Assembly (NCBI GenBank): GCA_963704165.1
Contig: CAVPHD010000001.1
Span: 288,001 to 352,000 of the forward strand
Origin: an uncultured delta proteobacterium
GTDB taxonomy: Bacteria; Myxococcota_A; UBA9160; SZUA-336
Direction of reading: 5' to 3'
Length of the DNA stretch: 64,000 bases
The notes beneath the pieces are model-generated. The model did not search any database. It had not been told where the DNA came from and saw only the letters and a program-made list of their open reading frames with translations. Shown here one piece after another: positions 49,403-58,720 of the stretch (position 1 is its first letter; every line of letters starts with the position of its first letter). The position numbers and the translations under genes were made by a program.

Positions 49403-50350
49403 ATGTCCGTACAGCTCGGCGCGCACCTCGGTCAGCAGAACCTTCCGATCGACGAGATCCGCGGGCTCTGGCGCCGCTTCGACGCTTCGGGGCTCGACTG
49501 GATCTCGATCTGGGATCACTTCTACGAAGCCCCACCGGCCGGCGGCACGCTGCCGCACTTCGAAGCGATCTCGCTGCTCGGTGCGCTGGCGGTCGAGACC
49601 ACGCGCGCGCGGATCGGTTGCCTCGTCTTCTACCCGGGCTATCGCAATCCCGCCTCGCTCGCGAAGGCCGCCACGACGCTCGACCATCTCTCCGGCGGAC
49701 GCTTCGTGCTCGGACTCGGAGGCGGCTGGCACGAGTGGGAAGCGCGCGCGTACGGCTACGAGTTCCCACCGATCGCCGCCCGGCTCTCGCAGCTCGAGGA
49801 GGCCTGCCAGATCATCCGAGGACTGCTGACGCAGCCGCGAACGTCCTTCGCCGGTAAACACTTCCGTGTCGATGACGCGTCCTGCCTGCCGGCCCCGGTT
49901 CAGCCACGCCTGCCGATCTGGATCGGTGGCATCGGTGAGAAGCGCACCTTGCAGATCGCCGCGCGCCACGCCGACGGCTGGAACGCGGCCTACACCTCAC
50001 CGGGGGAGTTCGCGCGGCTCTCGGGCGTGCTCGACGATTGGTGCACGAAGGTGGGGCGGGACCCAGCCGAGGTCACGCGTACCGTGAACCTCTCGTTCCA
50101 TCTCTCGCTCGACGAGAAGGGCGCCGCTCGTGCCGAGGCAGAGCTTCGCGCAACGTGGGGTCCGGCGGCCGATCGCATGCTCTCCGGGTCGCTGATCGGC
50201 ACGCCCGCCCGAGCCGTCGAGACGCTGGCCGCCTACGTCGACGCGGGCGCCCAGGGCATCAACATCGCACTTCGCGCGCCCTGGGATGAGGAAGCGCTCG
50301 ACGCATACCTCGACGACGTCGTCCCCGCTCTGCGTCGCCGGACGGGATGA
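49403..50350 (+). CDS. LLM-class (probably F420-dependent) oxidoreductase
   Basis: [57 protein letters not shown]. Confidence 0.9.
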   Translation: MSVQLGAHLGQQNLPIDEIRGLWRRFDASGLDWISIWDHFYEAPPAGGTLPHFEAISLLGALAVETTRARIGCLVFYPGYRNPASLAKAATTLDHLSGGRFVLGLGGGWHEWEARAYGYEFPPIAARLSQLEEACQIIRGLLTQPRTSFAGKHFRVDDASCLPAPVQPRLPIWIGGIGEKRTLQIAARHADGWNAAYTSPGEFARLSGVLDDWCTKVGRDPAEVTRTVNLSFHLSLDEKGAARAEAELRATWGPAADRMLSGSLIGTPARAVETLAAYVDAGAQGINIALRAPWDEEALDAYLDDVVPALRRRTG

Positions 50351-50844
50351 CGGCGATGCGATTCCGGGTCGCGCTCTGCAACGTCGGCGCGCTGCTCCTG
50401 CTCGGAGCAGCGGAACCCGCTCGCGCGCAGGTCGCCGACGCGAAACCGCCTGCGTCGAAAATCTGCACGATTCCCGACGTTCCGCCGCTTCCGAGCCAGC
50501 CGACCGCGCGCGACGTCCAAGACCAGAGCTTGCGGCACCGCCTGCGGAGCGTGGAGTGCGAGCTCGAAGCGCGAAGACGAATCGATCCCGAGGGAATGGA
50601 GAGCTGCTACTTCGGACCGGAGTTCGTACGAATCAGCAATGAACGCTACGAGGAGATCCGGCAAGCCCACAAGGCCGATCCCGTCGAGCTCTGGCATGCG
50701 CTCCTGTCCGAGCCCGAAGATCCCAATCTGCCCGCGATCGAGATCCGCATCACCTCGAAGAGCGGACCGACCTGCAAGAGCGATCACGACCGAAAACTCG
50801 AGGACGAAATCGACGCGCTCACGAAGGAGCTGAACGTCCGCTGA
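50347..50844 (+). CDS. Hypothetical secreted protein
   Basis: Signal peptide ending ARA; four Cys in the mature part; ATGA-coupled to the upstream gene. Confidence 0.65.
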   Translation: MTAMRFRVALCNVGALLLLGAAEPARAQVADAKPPASKICTIPDVPPLPSQPTARDVQDQSLRHRLRSVECELEARRRIDPEGMESCYFGPEFVRISNERYEEIRQAHKADPVELWHALLSEPEDPNLPAIEIRITSKSGPTCKSDHDRKLEDEIDALTKELNVR

Positions 50845-50853
50845 GCGGGGAGG

Positions 50854-52464
50854 TCACGCGACGCCGGTCGCCACGGCCTTCGCCCAGCGATAGTCGGGCT
50901 TGCCCGATGGCGAGCGCTCGATCTTCGCGACCGGATGGATCTCGCGCGGCAGCTTGTAGCCGGCGATCTTCGTGCGGCAGTGCGCCTGAATCGAGTCGAG
51001 CGTGAGCGTGCGACCTTCGCGCGCCTGCACCACGGCGGCGACACGCGAACCAAATCGCTCGTCGGGCACACCGACGACGACCGCGTCGTAGCAGTCGGGG
51101 TGGGACTTGATCGCGGACTCGACCTCTTCGGGGTAGATCTTCTCGCCGCCCGAGTTGATCGAGACCGATCCGCGGCCGAGCAGCGTGATCGAGCCGTCCG
51201 CCTCGACGGTCGCGAAGTCGCCGGGGATCGAGTAGCGCCGCCCGTTCTTGTCGGTGACGAATACCTGCCGGGTCTTCTCGGGGTCCTTGTAGTACTCGAC
51301 CGGGATGTTCCCGCCGCACGCGACCTTGCCGACGACGCCGGAGCCCGGCTTCACGGGCTCGAGGTTCTCGTCGAGCACCACCGACTCGGCCACCGCGCGC
51401 ACGGTCGGGCCACCGCCCTTCATCGCGGTTTCGCCCTTCTTCACCATCAGGATTCCGTTCGTGCCCGACTCGGACGCACCGATCGCGTCGCTCATGATCA
51501 GGTTCGGGAAGTGTCGGAAGAAGTCATCCTTGACCGAGGGCGAGAACACCGCCGCGCTCGACGAGAGCACGATCAGCGACGAGACGTCGTACGACGCTCC
51601 CGGTTCGTCGAGCACCTCGATCAGCGGCCGCGCCATCGCGTCGCCCGTGATCATCATCCCGTTCACCCGCTCCTGCTCGACCAGGCGCCAGACCTGCCGG
51701 GGGTCGAACTTCGCAACGAGCACGTTCTTGCGGCCGACGAAGCTTCCGCCCATCACCGCCCATTGCGTCGCGCCGTGCATGAGCGGTGCGATCGGCAGGA
51801 AGACCACTGCACCGGCCTTGCCTCGCTCGGCCATCTCCTCGGGACGCGAAGCGCGCAGTCCCGAGATCGGATCGACTCCGCCCCCGAACGCGAAGAACAC
51901 ATCCTCGTGTCGCCACACCACGCCCTTCGGCATCCCGGTCGTGCCGCCCGTGTACACGATGTACCGGTCGCTGCCCGAACGTGGACCGAAGTCGCGGTCC
52001 GGGGAGCCTGCGGCGAGGACCCGCTCGTACTCGAGAGAGCCGAGCGAGCCGTAGTCGGCGGCGCTTCCGTCGTCGATCACGAGCGAGAAGCGGAGCTTCG
52101 GCAGCGCGCCCCGAACCGCGGCGATGCGTGGAGCGAACTCGCGCGCGTAGATCACGCCGACCAGATCGGCGTTGTCGAGCAGGTAGCGGAGTTCGTCCTC
52201 GACGTAGCGGTAGTTGATGTTGATCCAGACGGCGCGCAGCTTGAAGATCGCCCAGAGCGACTCGACCCACTCCGCGGAGTTGTACGCGTAGATGCCGACG
52301 TGGTCGCCGGGCCGAACACCCTGCGCGGCGAGACCGTGCGCGAGCTGATTGGCGCGCGCCTCCATCTCTGCGTACGTGCGGCGCTGGCCTTCGGCGACCA
52401 GGTATTCGCGCTCCGGGAACGTATCGACCGCGCTCTCGAACAGGTCTGCGAGGTTGAACTCCAT
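50854..52464 (-). CDS. Acyl-CoA synthetase (FadD19-like)
   Basis: FNLADLFE, NINYRYVEDEL, YTGGTTGMPKGVVWRH, GRGSVSINSGGEKIYPEEVE, RSPSGKPDY. Confidence 0.92.
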   Translation of the reverse strand: MEFNLADLFESAVDTFPEREYLVAEGQRRTYAEMEARANQLAHGLAAQGVRPGDHVGIYAYNSAEWVESLWAIFKLRAVWININYRYVEDELRYLLDNADLVGVIYAREFAPRIAAVRGALPKLRFSLVIDDGSAADYGSLGSLEYERVLAAGSPDRDFGPRSGSDRYIVYTGGTTGMPKGVVWRHEDVFFAFGGGVDPISGLRASRPEEMAERGKAGAVVFLPIAPLMHGATQWAVMGGSFVGRKNVLVAKFDPRQVWRLVEQERVNGMMITGDAMARPLIEVLDEPGASYDVSSLIVLSSSAAVFSPSVKDDFFRHFPNLIMSDAIGASESGTNGILMVKKGETAMKGGGPTVRAVAESVVLDENLEPVKPGSGVVGKVACGGNIPVEYYKDPEKTRQVFVTDKNGRRYSIPGDFATVEADGSITLLGRGSVSINSGGEKIYPEEVESAIKSHPDCYDAVVVGVPDERFGSRVAAVVQAREGRTLTLDSIQAHCRTKIAGYKLPREIHPVAKIERSPSGKPDYRWAKAVATGVA

Positions 52465-52507
52465 GGTCAAAGCTTACACACGAGCGTGCTGTCGTGTCCT
52501 TGCTGCA

Positions 52508-52536
52508 TTGACGGCCTCTGGAGCCCGAGCCACGAT
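52508..52536 (+). promoter_or_regulatory. Sigma70-type promoter
   Basis: TTGACG-N17-CACGAT upstream of the CDS at 52611. Confidence 0.55.
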
Positions 52537-52610
52537 CGAAGAGCGCGAGGCATTTCGCCCGCGTGGATGCCCCGCGGGGAGCGTGTCCGCCCCCGCGAGA
52601 GGAGAAGACG

Positions 52611-53105
52611 ATGCGCAGACATCAATTTCGGGGTTCCCGACGGCACGGCCTCTGCTTCGAGCTGGATCCCGCGCTCGCTTGGGCCGGTCGCGGCCGGCGC
52701 GAGGTGTTGCGCTCCGCGGACCTGCATTTCTCGGTCGGCGGCAGCGAGGACGATGGCGGGGGCGCGGGGCTCGGTGTGCGCCGGCCGCTGCGATTCCTGG
52801 CCTGGAAGCTCGACCTCACGCCCGATCAGCTCGCGAGCGCGGCGCGAATTCTCGAGCGGCTCAAGATCGAGCGCGCGCAGGCCTCGGTCGATCAGCGTCG
52901 CTCGGCTGCGGACCTCGCCGACGCCGTCGAGGCCATCGACTTCGACCCTGCGCAGGCGGATGCGGCCACCGAGACACGCGTCTCCGCCGCGCTCGCGGTC
53001 CAGCGAGCGGTCGCGTCCGCGCTCGGCGAGCTGCACGCGATCCTCGAGCCCGATCAGCGCCGCCGACTCGCGATGCTGATCCGCACGCGGGCGATCGCAT
53101 TCTGA
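52611..53105 (+). CDS. Spy/CpxP (LTXXQ)-like helical protein without a signal peptide
   Basis: KLDLTPDQ and ILEPDQR motifs flanking a helical core; SD GAGGAG. Confidence 0.65.
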   Translation: MRRHQFRGSRRHGLCFELDPALAWAGRGRREVLRSADLHFSVGGSEDDGGGAGLGVRRPLRFLAWKLDLTPDQLASAARILERLKIERAQASVDQRRSAADLADAVEAIDFDPAQADAATETRVSAALAVQRAVASALGELHAILEPDQRRRLAMLIRTRAIAF

Positions 53106-53109
53106 GCGG

Positions 53110-53937
53110 CTAGTCGAGCGCCCAGTCCGCGAATGCGGCGTCGAGCCGTTCGGCTCGGCGCCGCAGGATCTCGCGCTGCTCGGGATGGGTGAGGATGTAG
53201 AGCTCGTTGCGCTCGATCCCGCGCACGACCCGGCGCGCGAGCTCCTCGGTCGAGATCGTACTGCCGACGAGCGGCGGGCCGTCTCCGCTCGCTCGTGGAA
53301 GATCGACGTGGTCGGGGTTCCGGAGCTCGAGCGGCCGCATCCGCAGCGAGTTCTCGTTGATCGCGGTCTGCACGATCATCGGACACAGAACGGAGACACC
53401 GATCTCGTGCGGGCGCAGCTCGCGTTGCAGGGACTCGGTCAACCCGACGACGGCGAACTTCGACGCGCAGTACACGCCGAGCCAGTTCATGCCGGTGAGG
53501 CCCGCCATCGACGCGGTGTTCACGATGTGACCGCCCTGCTTCTGGGCGATCAGGCGCGGAACGAACGCCTGCACGCCGTGTACGACACCCCAGAAGTTCA
53601 CGTTCATCGTGAACTCCCAGTCCTTGCTCGTGGACGTCGCGATCGGCCCGAACGTGGCGACGCCCGCGTTGTTGCAGACGACGTGGACGGCGCCGAAATG
53701 CGAGAGCGTCGCATCGGCCAGTGCATCGACGCTCTCCCGCTCGGTCACGTCGGTCGGAACGGCGAGCACGTTCGCACCCTCGGTCTCGAGGTGCTTCGCG
53801 ACGACCTCGAGGTTCGAAGCGTCGAGATCGGCGAGCACGATCTTTGCGCCGCGCGCCGCCAGGACCCGCGCCAGCGCCGAGCCGATTCCACCCGCACCGC
53901 CGGTCACCACCGCCACGCGATTCTCGAAGGGATCCAT
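53110..53937 (-). CDS. Short-chain dehydrogenase/reductase
   Basis: VTGGAGGIG, NNAG, NTASMAG, YCASK. Confidence 0.93.
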   Translation of the reverse strand: MDPFENRVAVVTGGAGGIGSALARVLAARGAKIVLADLDASNLEVVAKHLETEGANVLAVPTDVTERESVDALADATLSHFGAVHVVCNNAGVATFGPIATSTSKDWEFTMNVNFWGVVHGVQAFVPRLIAQKQGGHIVNTASMAGLTGMNWLGVYCASKFAVVGLTESLQRELRPHEIGVSVLCPMIVQTAINENSLRMRPLELRNPDHVDLPRASGDGPPLVGSTISTEELARRVVRGIERNELYILTHPEQREILRRRAERLDAAFADWALD

Positions 53938-53944
53938 CGCTCGA

Positions 53945-54862
53945 TCATACCTCCGCGGTCGCGTCGAATCCGTCGGCGAAGACGACGTCGTCGCCGCGCA
54001 CCCGCGACCAGTCGAACTCGCGGAGCAGCTCGCGTGGGGTCGTGGGTCGCGCATCCGCGCGCAGGCCGGAGAGCGCGGCGAGGATTCCGCACGCCGCCGG
54101 CCCGTCGTGTCTCGCGCGGAGCTCCCGCCAGCCGACCGAGCCGTGCAGCTTCGCGAGCTTGCCGCCCGTCTCCTCGAGCAGCAGGAAGTGGTGGCGGTAC
54201 GCGGGCGTCGACAGGCCGAGCGCTCGCTGCAAGACGACGTGCAGGGCGGTCGAGGTCGCCAGATCGCGCCCGCGGACGATGCGGGTGACGCCCGCGGTCG
54301 CATCGTCGACGACCACGGCCAGGTGATAGGCGATCGCGGAGTCGCGCCTGCGGAGCACGGGATCCCCCATCGCGGCCCATGGATCCTGCGAAAGATCGAG
54401 GCCGGACTCGTCGCGAAGCACGATCCGGCCCGCGGGCAAGCGCAGCCGGACCGTTCCGTCGACGGCCCGCCAGCCACCGGGGGGAAGCTCGAGTTCGCGA
54501 CAGCGACCGGTGTAGCGCCAGCCGCCGTCGGCCGCGCGCACGCCCGCCCGAGCGATCTCGCTGCGCGAGCAGGAGCACGGGTAGAGCAGGCCCAAGCCCG
54601 CCAGGCGGTCGAGAGCGGCCTCGTGTGAAGCGCGGCTCTCGCTCTGCACCGACTCGCCATCCCAATCGAGTCCGAGCCAAGCCAGGGCCTCGCGCATCTC
54701 GCGCGCGTGCTCGGGCGTGCAGCGCTCCGGATCGATGTCCTCGAGGCGGAGCATGAACGTCGCGCCGCGCCCGCGCGCGTCGAGCCAGGCGAGCAAACCT
54801 GCGACGAGCGTGCCCGGGTGCGCGGGCCCGGACGTCGTCGGTGCGAATCGGCAGCGGTCCAC
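53945..54862 (-). CDS. gluQ: Glutamyl-Q tRNA(Asp) synthetase-like protein (GluRS catalytic domain only)
   Basis: [39 protein letters not shown]; about 305 aa with no anticodon domain. Confidence 0.82.
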   Translation of the reverse strand: MDRCRFAPTTSGPAHPGTLVAGLLAWLDARGRGATFMLRLEDIDPERCTPEHAREMREALAWLGLDWDGESVQSESRASHEAALDRLAGLGLLYPCSCSRSEIARAGVRAADGGWRYTGRCRELELPPGGWRAVDGTVRLRLPAGRIVLRDESGLDLSQDPWAAMGDPVLRRRDSAIAYHLAVVVDDATAGVTRIVRGRDLATSTALHVVLQRALGLSTPAYRHHFLLLEETGGKLAKLHGSVGWRELRARHDGPAACGILAALSGLRADARPTTPRELLREFDWSRVRGDDVVFADGFDATAEV

Positions 54863-54928
54863 CGGCCTCGCATCTTGACGCATCGATCGAATTCCTCAAC
54901 CTCGGGATCGCCCCCCCGGGAGTACCGC

Positions 54929-56779
54929 ATGGCCGCGGATCAATCCGCCCGAAAGAGCTCCGAGCGAAAGCCCGTCGTCTACGACGAGAGCACGATCCAG
55001 ACCCTCGACGCGCTCGAGCACATCCGACTGCGCACCGGCATGTACATCGGCCGGATCGGAGACGGCACGCATCCGCTCGACGGCGTCTACGTGATGCTGA
55101 AGGAGGTCGTCGACAACGCCGTCGACGAGTTCATCATGGGCCACGGCAAGAAGATCGAGATCACGCGCGAGGGCGACGAGCTCTGCGTGCGCGATTTCGG
55201 CCGCGGCATCCCGCTCGGCAAGGTGGTCGAGTGCGTTTCGCAGATCAACACGGGCGGCAAGTACAACGACGACGTCTTCCAGTTCTCGGTCGGCTTGAAC
55301 GGCGTCGGCACCAAGGCCGTGAACGCGCTCTCGGCCGACTTCGAGGTCGTCTCGTTCCGCGAAGGCAAGTACCGCCGAGCCACCTTCAAGCAGGGCAAGA
55401 TCAAGAGCGACAAACAGGGGAAGGACGCGAAGGAGCCCGACGGAACGTTGGTCCGGTTCACGCCCGACCCGGTGATCTTCAGGACCTGGTCCTGGAACGA
55501 GGAGTTCATCGCCCACCGGCTCTGGTACTACGCGTACCTGAACGCGGGGTTGTCGCTCAGCTACAACGGAAAGGCGTTCCACAGCAAGGGCGGCCTCTCC
55601 GACCTGCTCGTGAAGGAGATCGGCGACGAGCCGCCGCTCTACGAGATCGTGCACGGAAAACTCGATCGGCTCGAGTTCGCGTTCACCCACACGCACCAGT
55701 ACGGCGAGACGTACTTCAGCTTCGTGAACGGCCAGTTCACGAACGACGGCGGCACGCACCAGGCGGCGTTCCGCGAAGGATTGCTGCGCGGGGTGAACGA
55801 GTTCTCGAGCAAGGACTTCGCGGGCGAGGACGTGCGCGACGGCATCGTCGGCGCGGTCGCGGTCAAGATCCAGGATCCGGTCTTCGAGAGCCAGACGAAG
55901 AACAAGCTCGGCTCCACCGACGTGAAGCCGTGGATCACCAAGGAAGTGAAGGAGCAGGTGATCCTCTGGCTGCACCGGAATCCCGAGGCCGCCGAGGCGC
56001 TGCTCGAGAAGGTGCGCACGAACGAGCGCATCCGAAAGGAGCTCGCGTCGATCAAGAAGCAGGCGCGAGAGCGCGCGAAGACGGTCGCGATCCGGATCCC
56101 GAAGCTGATCGACTGCAAGGTCCACTACGACGAGGTCGCGGACCTGCGCCGGGACGAGACGACCATCTTCCTGACCGAGGGGAACTCCGCGGGTGGCGCG
56201 ATGATCAAGTCGCGCGACGTCTTCACGCAGGCGATCTACACGCTGAAGGGCAAGCCGCTGAACTGCTACGGCCTGCAGCGCGACGCGGTGTACAAGAACG
56301 AAGAGCTCTACAACATCATGCGCGCGCTCGGGATCGAGGACGGCCTCGACGGCCTGCGCTACAGCCGCGTGGTGATCGCCACCGACGCCGACGTCGATGG
56401 CATGCACATCCGCAACCTCCTGCTCACCTACTTCCTGCGCTATTTCGAGGAACTCGTGCTGAAGGGGCACCTCTACATTCTCGAGACGCCGCTCTTCCGC
56501 GTGCGCAACAAGAAGCAGACTCATTACTGCTACAGCGAGAAGGAGCGCGACGAGGCGATCGAGGCCCTCGGCGGAAAGCCCGAGATCACGCGCTTCAAGG
56601 GGCTCGGCGAGATCTCGCCCGACGAGTTCGGCCAGTTCATCGGCGCCGACATCCGCCTCGTGCCCGTTTCACTCGGGTCGCTCGGCGAGGCGTCGGCGAG
56701 CCTCGAGTTCTGCATGGGCAAGAACACGCCCGCGCGACGCGTCTACATCGTCGACAATCTGATCTACGACGTGAGCTGA
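54929..56779 (+). CDS. parE: Type IIA topoisomerase subunit B (topo IV-like)
   Basis: EHIRLRTGMYIG, EVVDNAVDE, DFGRGIP, GLNGVG, TEGNSAG, TDADVDGMHI, RFKGLGE. Confidence 0.88.
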   Translation: MAADQSARKSSERKPVVYDESTIQTLDALEHIRLRTGMYIGRIGDGTHPLDGVYVMLKEVVDNAVDEFIMGHGKKIEITREGDELCVRDFGRGIPLGKVVECVSQINTGGKYNDDVFQFSVGLNGVGTKAVNALSADFEVVSFREGKYRRATFKQGKIKSDKQGKDAKEPDGTLVRFTPDPVIFRTWSWNEEFIAHRLWYYAYLNAGLSLSYNGKAFHSKGGLSDLLVKEIGDEPPLYEIVHGKLDRLEFAFTHTHQYGETYFSFVNGQFTNDGGTHQAAFREGLLRGVNEFSSKDFAGEDVRDGIVGAVAVKIQDPVFESQTKNKLGSTDVKPWITKEVKEQVILWLHRNPEAAEALLEKVRTNERIRKELASIKKQARERAKTVAIRIPKLIDCKVHYDEVADLRRDETTIFLTEGNSAGGAMIKSRDVFTQAIYTLKGKPLNCYGLQRDAVYKNEELYNIMRALGIEDGLDGLRYSRVVIATDADVDGMHIRNLLLTYFLRYFEELVLKGHLYILETPLFRVRNKKQTHYCYSEKERDEAIEALGGKPEITRFKGLGEISPDEFGQFIGADIRLVPVSLGSLGEASASLEFCMGKNTPARRVYIVDNLIYDVS

Positions 56780-56780
56780 C

Positions 56781-58694
56781 GTGGCGAACCTCGAGCCGCT
56801 GATGCGGCGCAATTTCCTCGAGTACGCCAGCTACACGATTCTGGATCGCGCGCTGCCGGATCTGCGCGACGGCTGCAAGCCGGTGCAGCGACGGCTTCTG
56901 CACACGCTGTTCACGATGGACGACGGCCTTTTCCACAAGGTCGCGAACGTGATCGGCGAAACGATGAAGCTGCATCCGCACGGAGACGTGTCGATCGGCG
57001 ACGCGCTCGTCGTTCTCGCGAACAAGGACTACTTCGTCGAGCGGCAGGGAAACTTCGGAAACCCCGTCACCGGCCACCCCGCGGCGGCCGCGCGTTACAT
57101 CGAGTGCCGGCTGACGCCGCTCGCACGCGAGACGCTCTTCAATCCGAACCTGACCGAGTACTCGCCGAGCTACGACGGACGCCGCGCGGAGCCGGTCTTC
57201 CTGCCCGCGAAGCTCCCGGTCACGCTTCTCCTCGGCATCGAAGGCATCGCCGTCGGCATGGCCACGCGAATCCTGCCGCACAACTTCGTCGAGCTCCTGC
57301 GTGCGCAGATCGCGATCCTTTCGGGCCAGAAATACAAGGTCGTGCCCGACTTCCCGACCGGCGGCTTGATGGACGTGTCGGAGTACGACAAGGGCCGCGG
57401 CAAGGTGAAGGTGCGCGCGAGGATCGAGGCGCACGGCGAGAAGAAGGTCGTGATCCGCGAGATCCCCTTCGGCACGACGACCGAGTCGTTGATCTCGTCG
57501 ATCGAGGACGCCTCGCAGAAGGGCCGCGTGAAGATCACCGGCATCGACGACTTCACCACCGACAAGGTCGAGATCGAGCTCTCACTCGCTCGCGGCGTCT
57601 ACGCCGACGAGGTGATTCCGCAGCTCTACGCGTACACCGAGTGCGAGGTCTCGCTCTCGTCGTCGGTGCTCGCGATCCGCGACCAGAAGCCGGTCGAGCT
57701 GACGGTGAACGAGGTGCTCGAGGATGCGACCGCGCGACTCCGCGAGCAGATCAAGGCCGAGCTCGAATGGGACGAATCCCGTCTCGTCGATCGCCAGCAC
57801 TGGATGACGCTCGAGCGCGTCTTCATCGAGAACCGCGTCTACAAGAAGATCGAGACCGCGAGGACCGAGGAGAAGGTCTTCGAAGCCGTGCACAAGGGCA
57901 TGGGCGAATTCCGCCGCCAGTTCGTACGCGACATGACGGACGACGACGTGAAGCGCCTACTCGAGATCCGCATCCGCCGGATCTCCGCCTACGACATCGA
58001 GAAGCACAAGAGCGAGCTCGAGGAAGTCCTCGCCGAGCTCGCCGGCGTGCGCAAGAAGCTGAAGCAGCTCACCAAGACCGTGATCGCCTGGATCGAGGGC
58101 CTGGTCGAGACGTACGGCGAGAAGTACACGCGCCGGACCAAGGTCACGTCGATCGACGAGATCGACAAGAAGGCGGTCGCCACCGCGAATCTGCGCGTGA
58201 CCTACGACGAAGAGACCGGATTCTTCGGATCCGACGTGCGCGCCGCCGAGTTCGCGTTGAACGTGTCGGAGTACGATCGCATCCTCGCGATCTCGAGCGA
58301 CGGCACCTATCGGATCATGCAGGCGCCCAAGAAGGTGCTCCTGCCGCGCAAGGTCCTGTACGTCGGCGTCTTCGACCCCGAACAGGGACGGGACTTCACG
58401 CTGGTCTGGCGCGACGGCAGCAAGAACGCGTTCGGAAAGCGCGTGCACATCTCGAGCTTCATCCGCGACAAGGAATACCGGTTCTTCAAGGACGAGAAGG
58501 GCAAGCTCGATCTGCTGCTCGAAGACGACGTGAAGCCCGGTCGCGTGCACCTGCAGTTCGTGGCGGCCAAACGCCAACGCCAGAAGGAATGCGACTTCGA
58601 CCTCGGTGACCTCGAGTTCGCCGGCCTGACCGCTCGCGGGCAGAGACTCGCGCCCAAGCCGGTCGCACGAGTGAAACACATTCCCTCGAAGTAG
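56781..58694 (+). CDS. parC: Type IIA topoisomerase subunit A (topo IV-like, short)
   Basis: DRALPDLRDGCKPVQRR, HPHGD, QGNFG, AAARY (catalytic Tyr), GIAVGMAT. Confidence 0.88.
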   Translation: MANLEPLMRRNFLEYASYTILDRALPDLRDGCKPVQRRLLHTLFTMDDGLFHKVANVIGETMKLHPHGDVSIGDALVVLANKDYFVERQGNFGNPVTGHPAAAARYIECRLTPLARETLFNPNLTEYSPSYDGRRAEPVFLPAKLPVTLLLGIEGIAVGMATRILPHNFVELLRAQIAILSGQKYKVVPDFPTGGLMDVSEYDKGRGKVKVRARIEAHGEKKVVIREIPFGTTTESLISSIEDASQKGRVKITGIDDFTTDKVEIELSLARGVYADEVIPQLYAYTECEVSLSSSVLAIRDQKPVELTVNEVLEDATARLREQIKAELEWDESRLVDRQHWMTLERVFIENRVYKKIETARTEEKVFEAVHKGMGEFRRQFVRDMTDDDVKRLLEIRIRRISAYDIEKHKSELEEVLAELAGVRKKLKQLTKTVIAWIEGLVETYGEKYTRRTKVTSIDEIDKKAVATANLRVTYDEETGFFGSDVRAAEFALNVSEYDRILAISSDGTYRIMQAPKKVLLPRKVLYVGVFDPEQGRDFTLVWRDGSKNAFGKRVHISSFIRDKEYRFFKDEKGKLDLLLEDDVKPGRVHLQFVAAKRQRQKECDFDLGDLEFAGLTARGQRLAPKPVARVKHIPSK

Positions 58695-58720
58695 CTCCTG
58701 GGATTACACTGCGCCGGATC

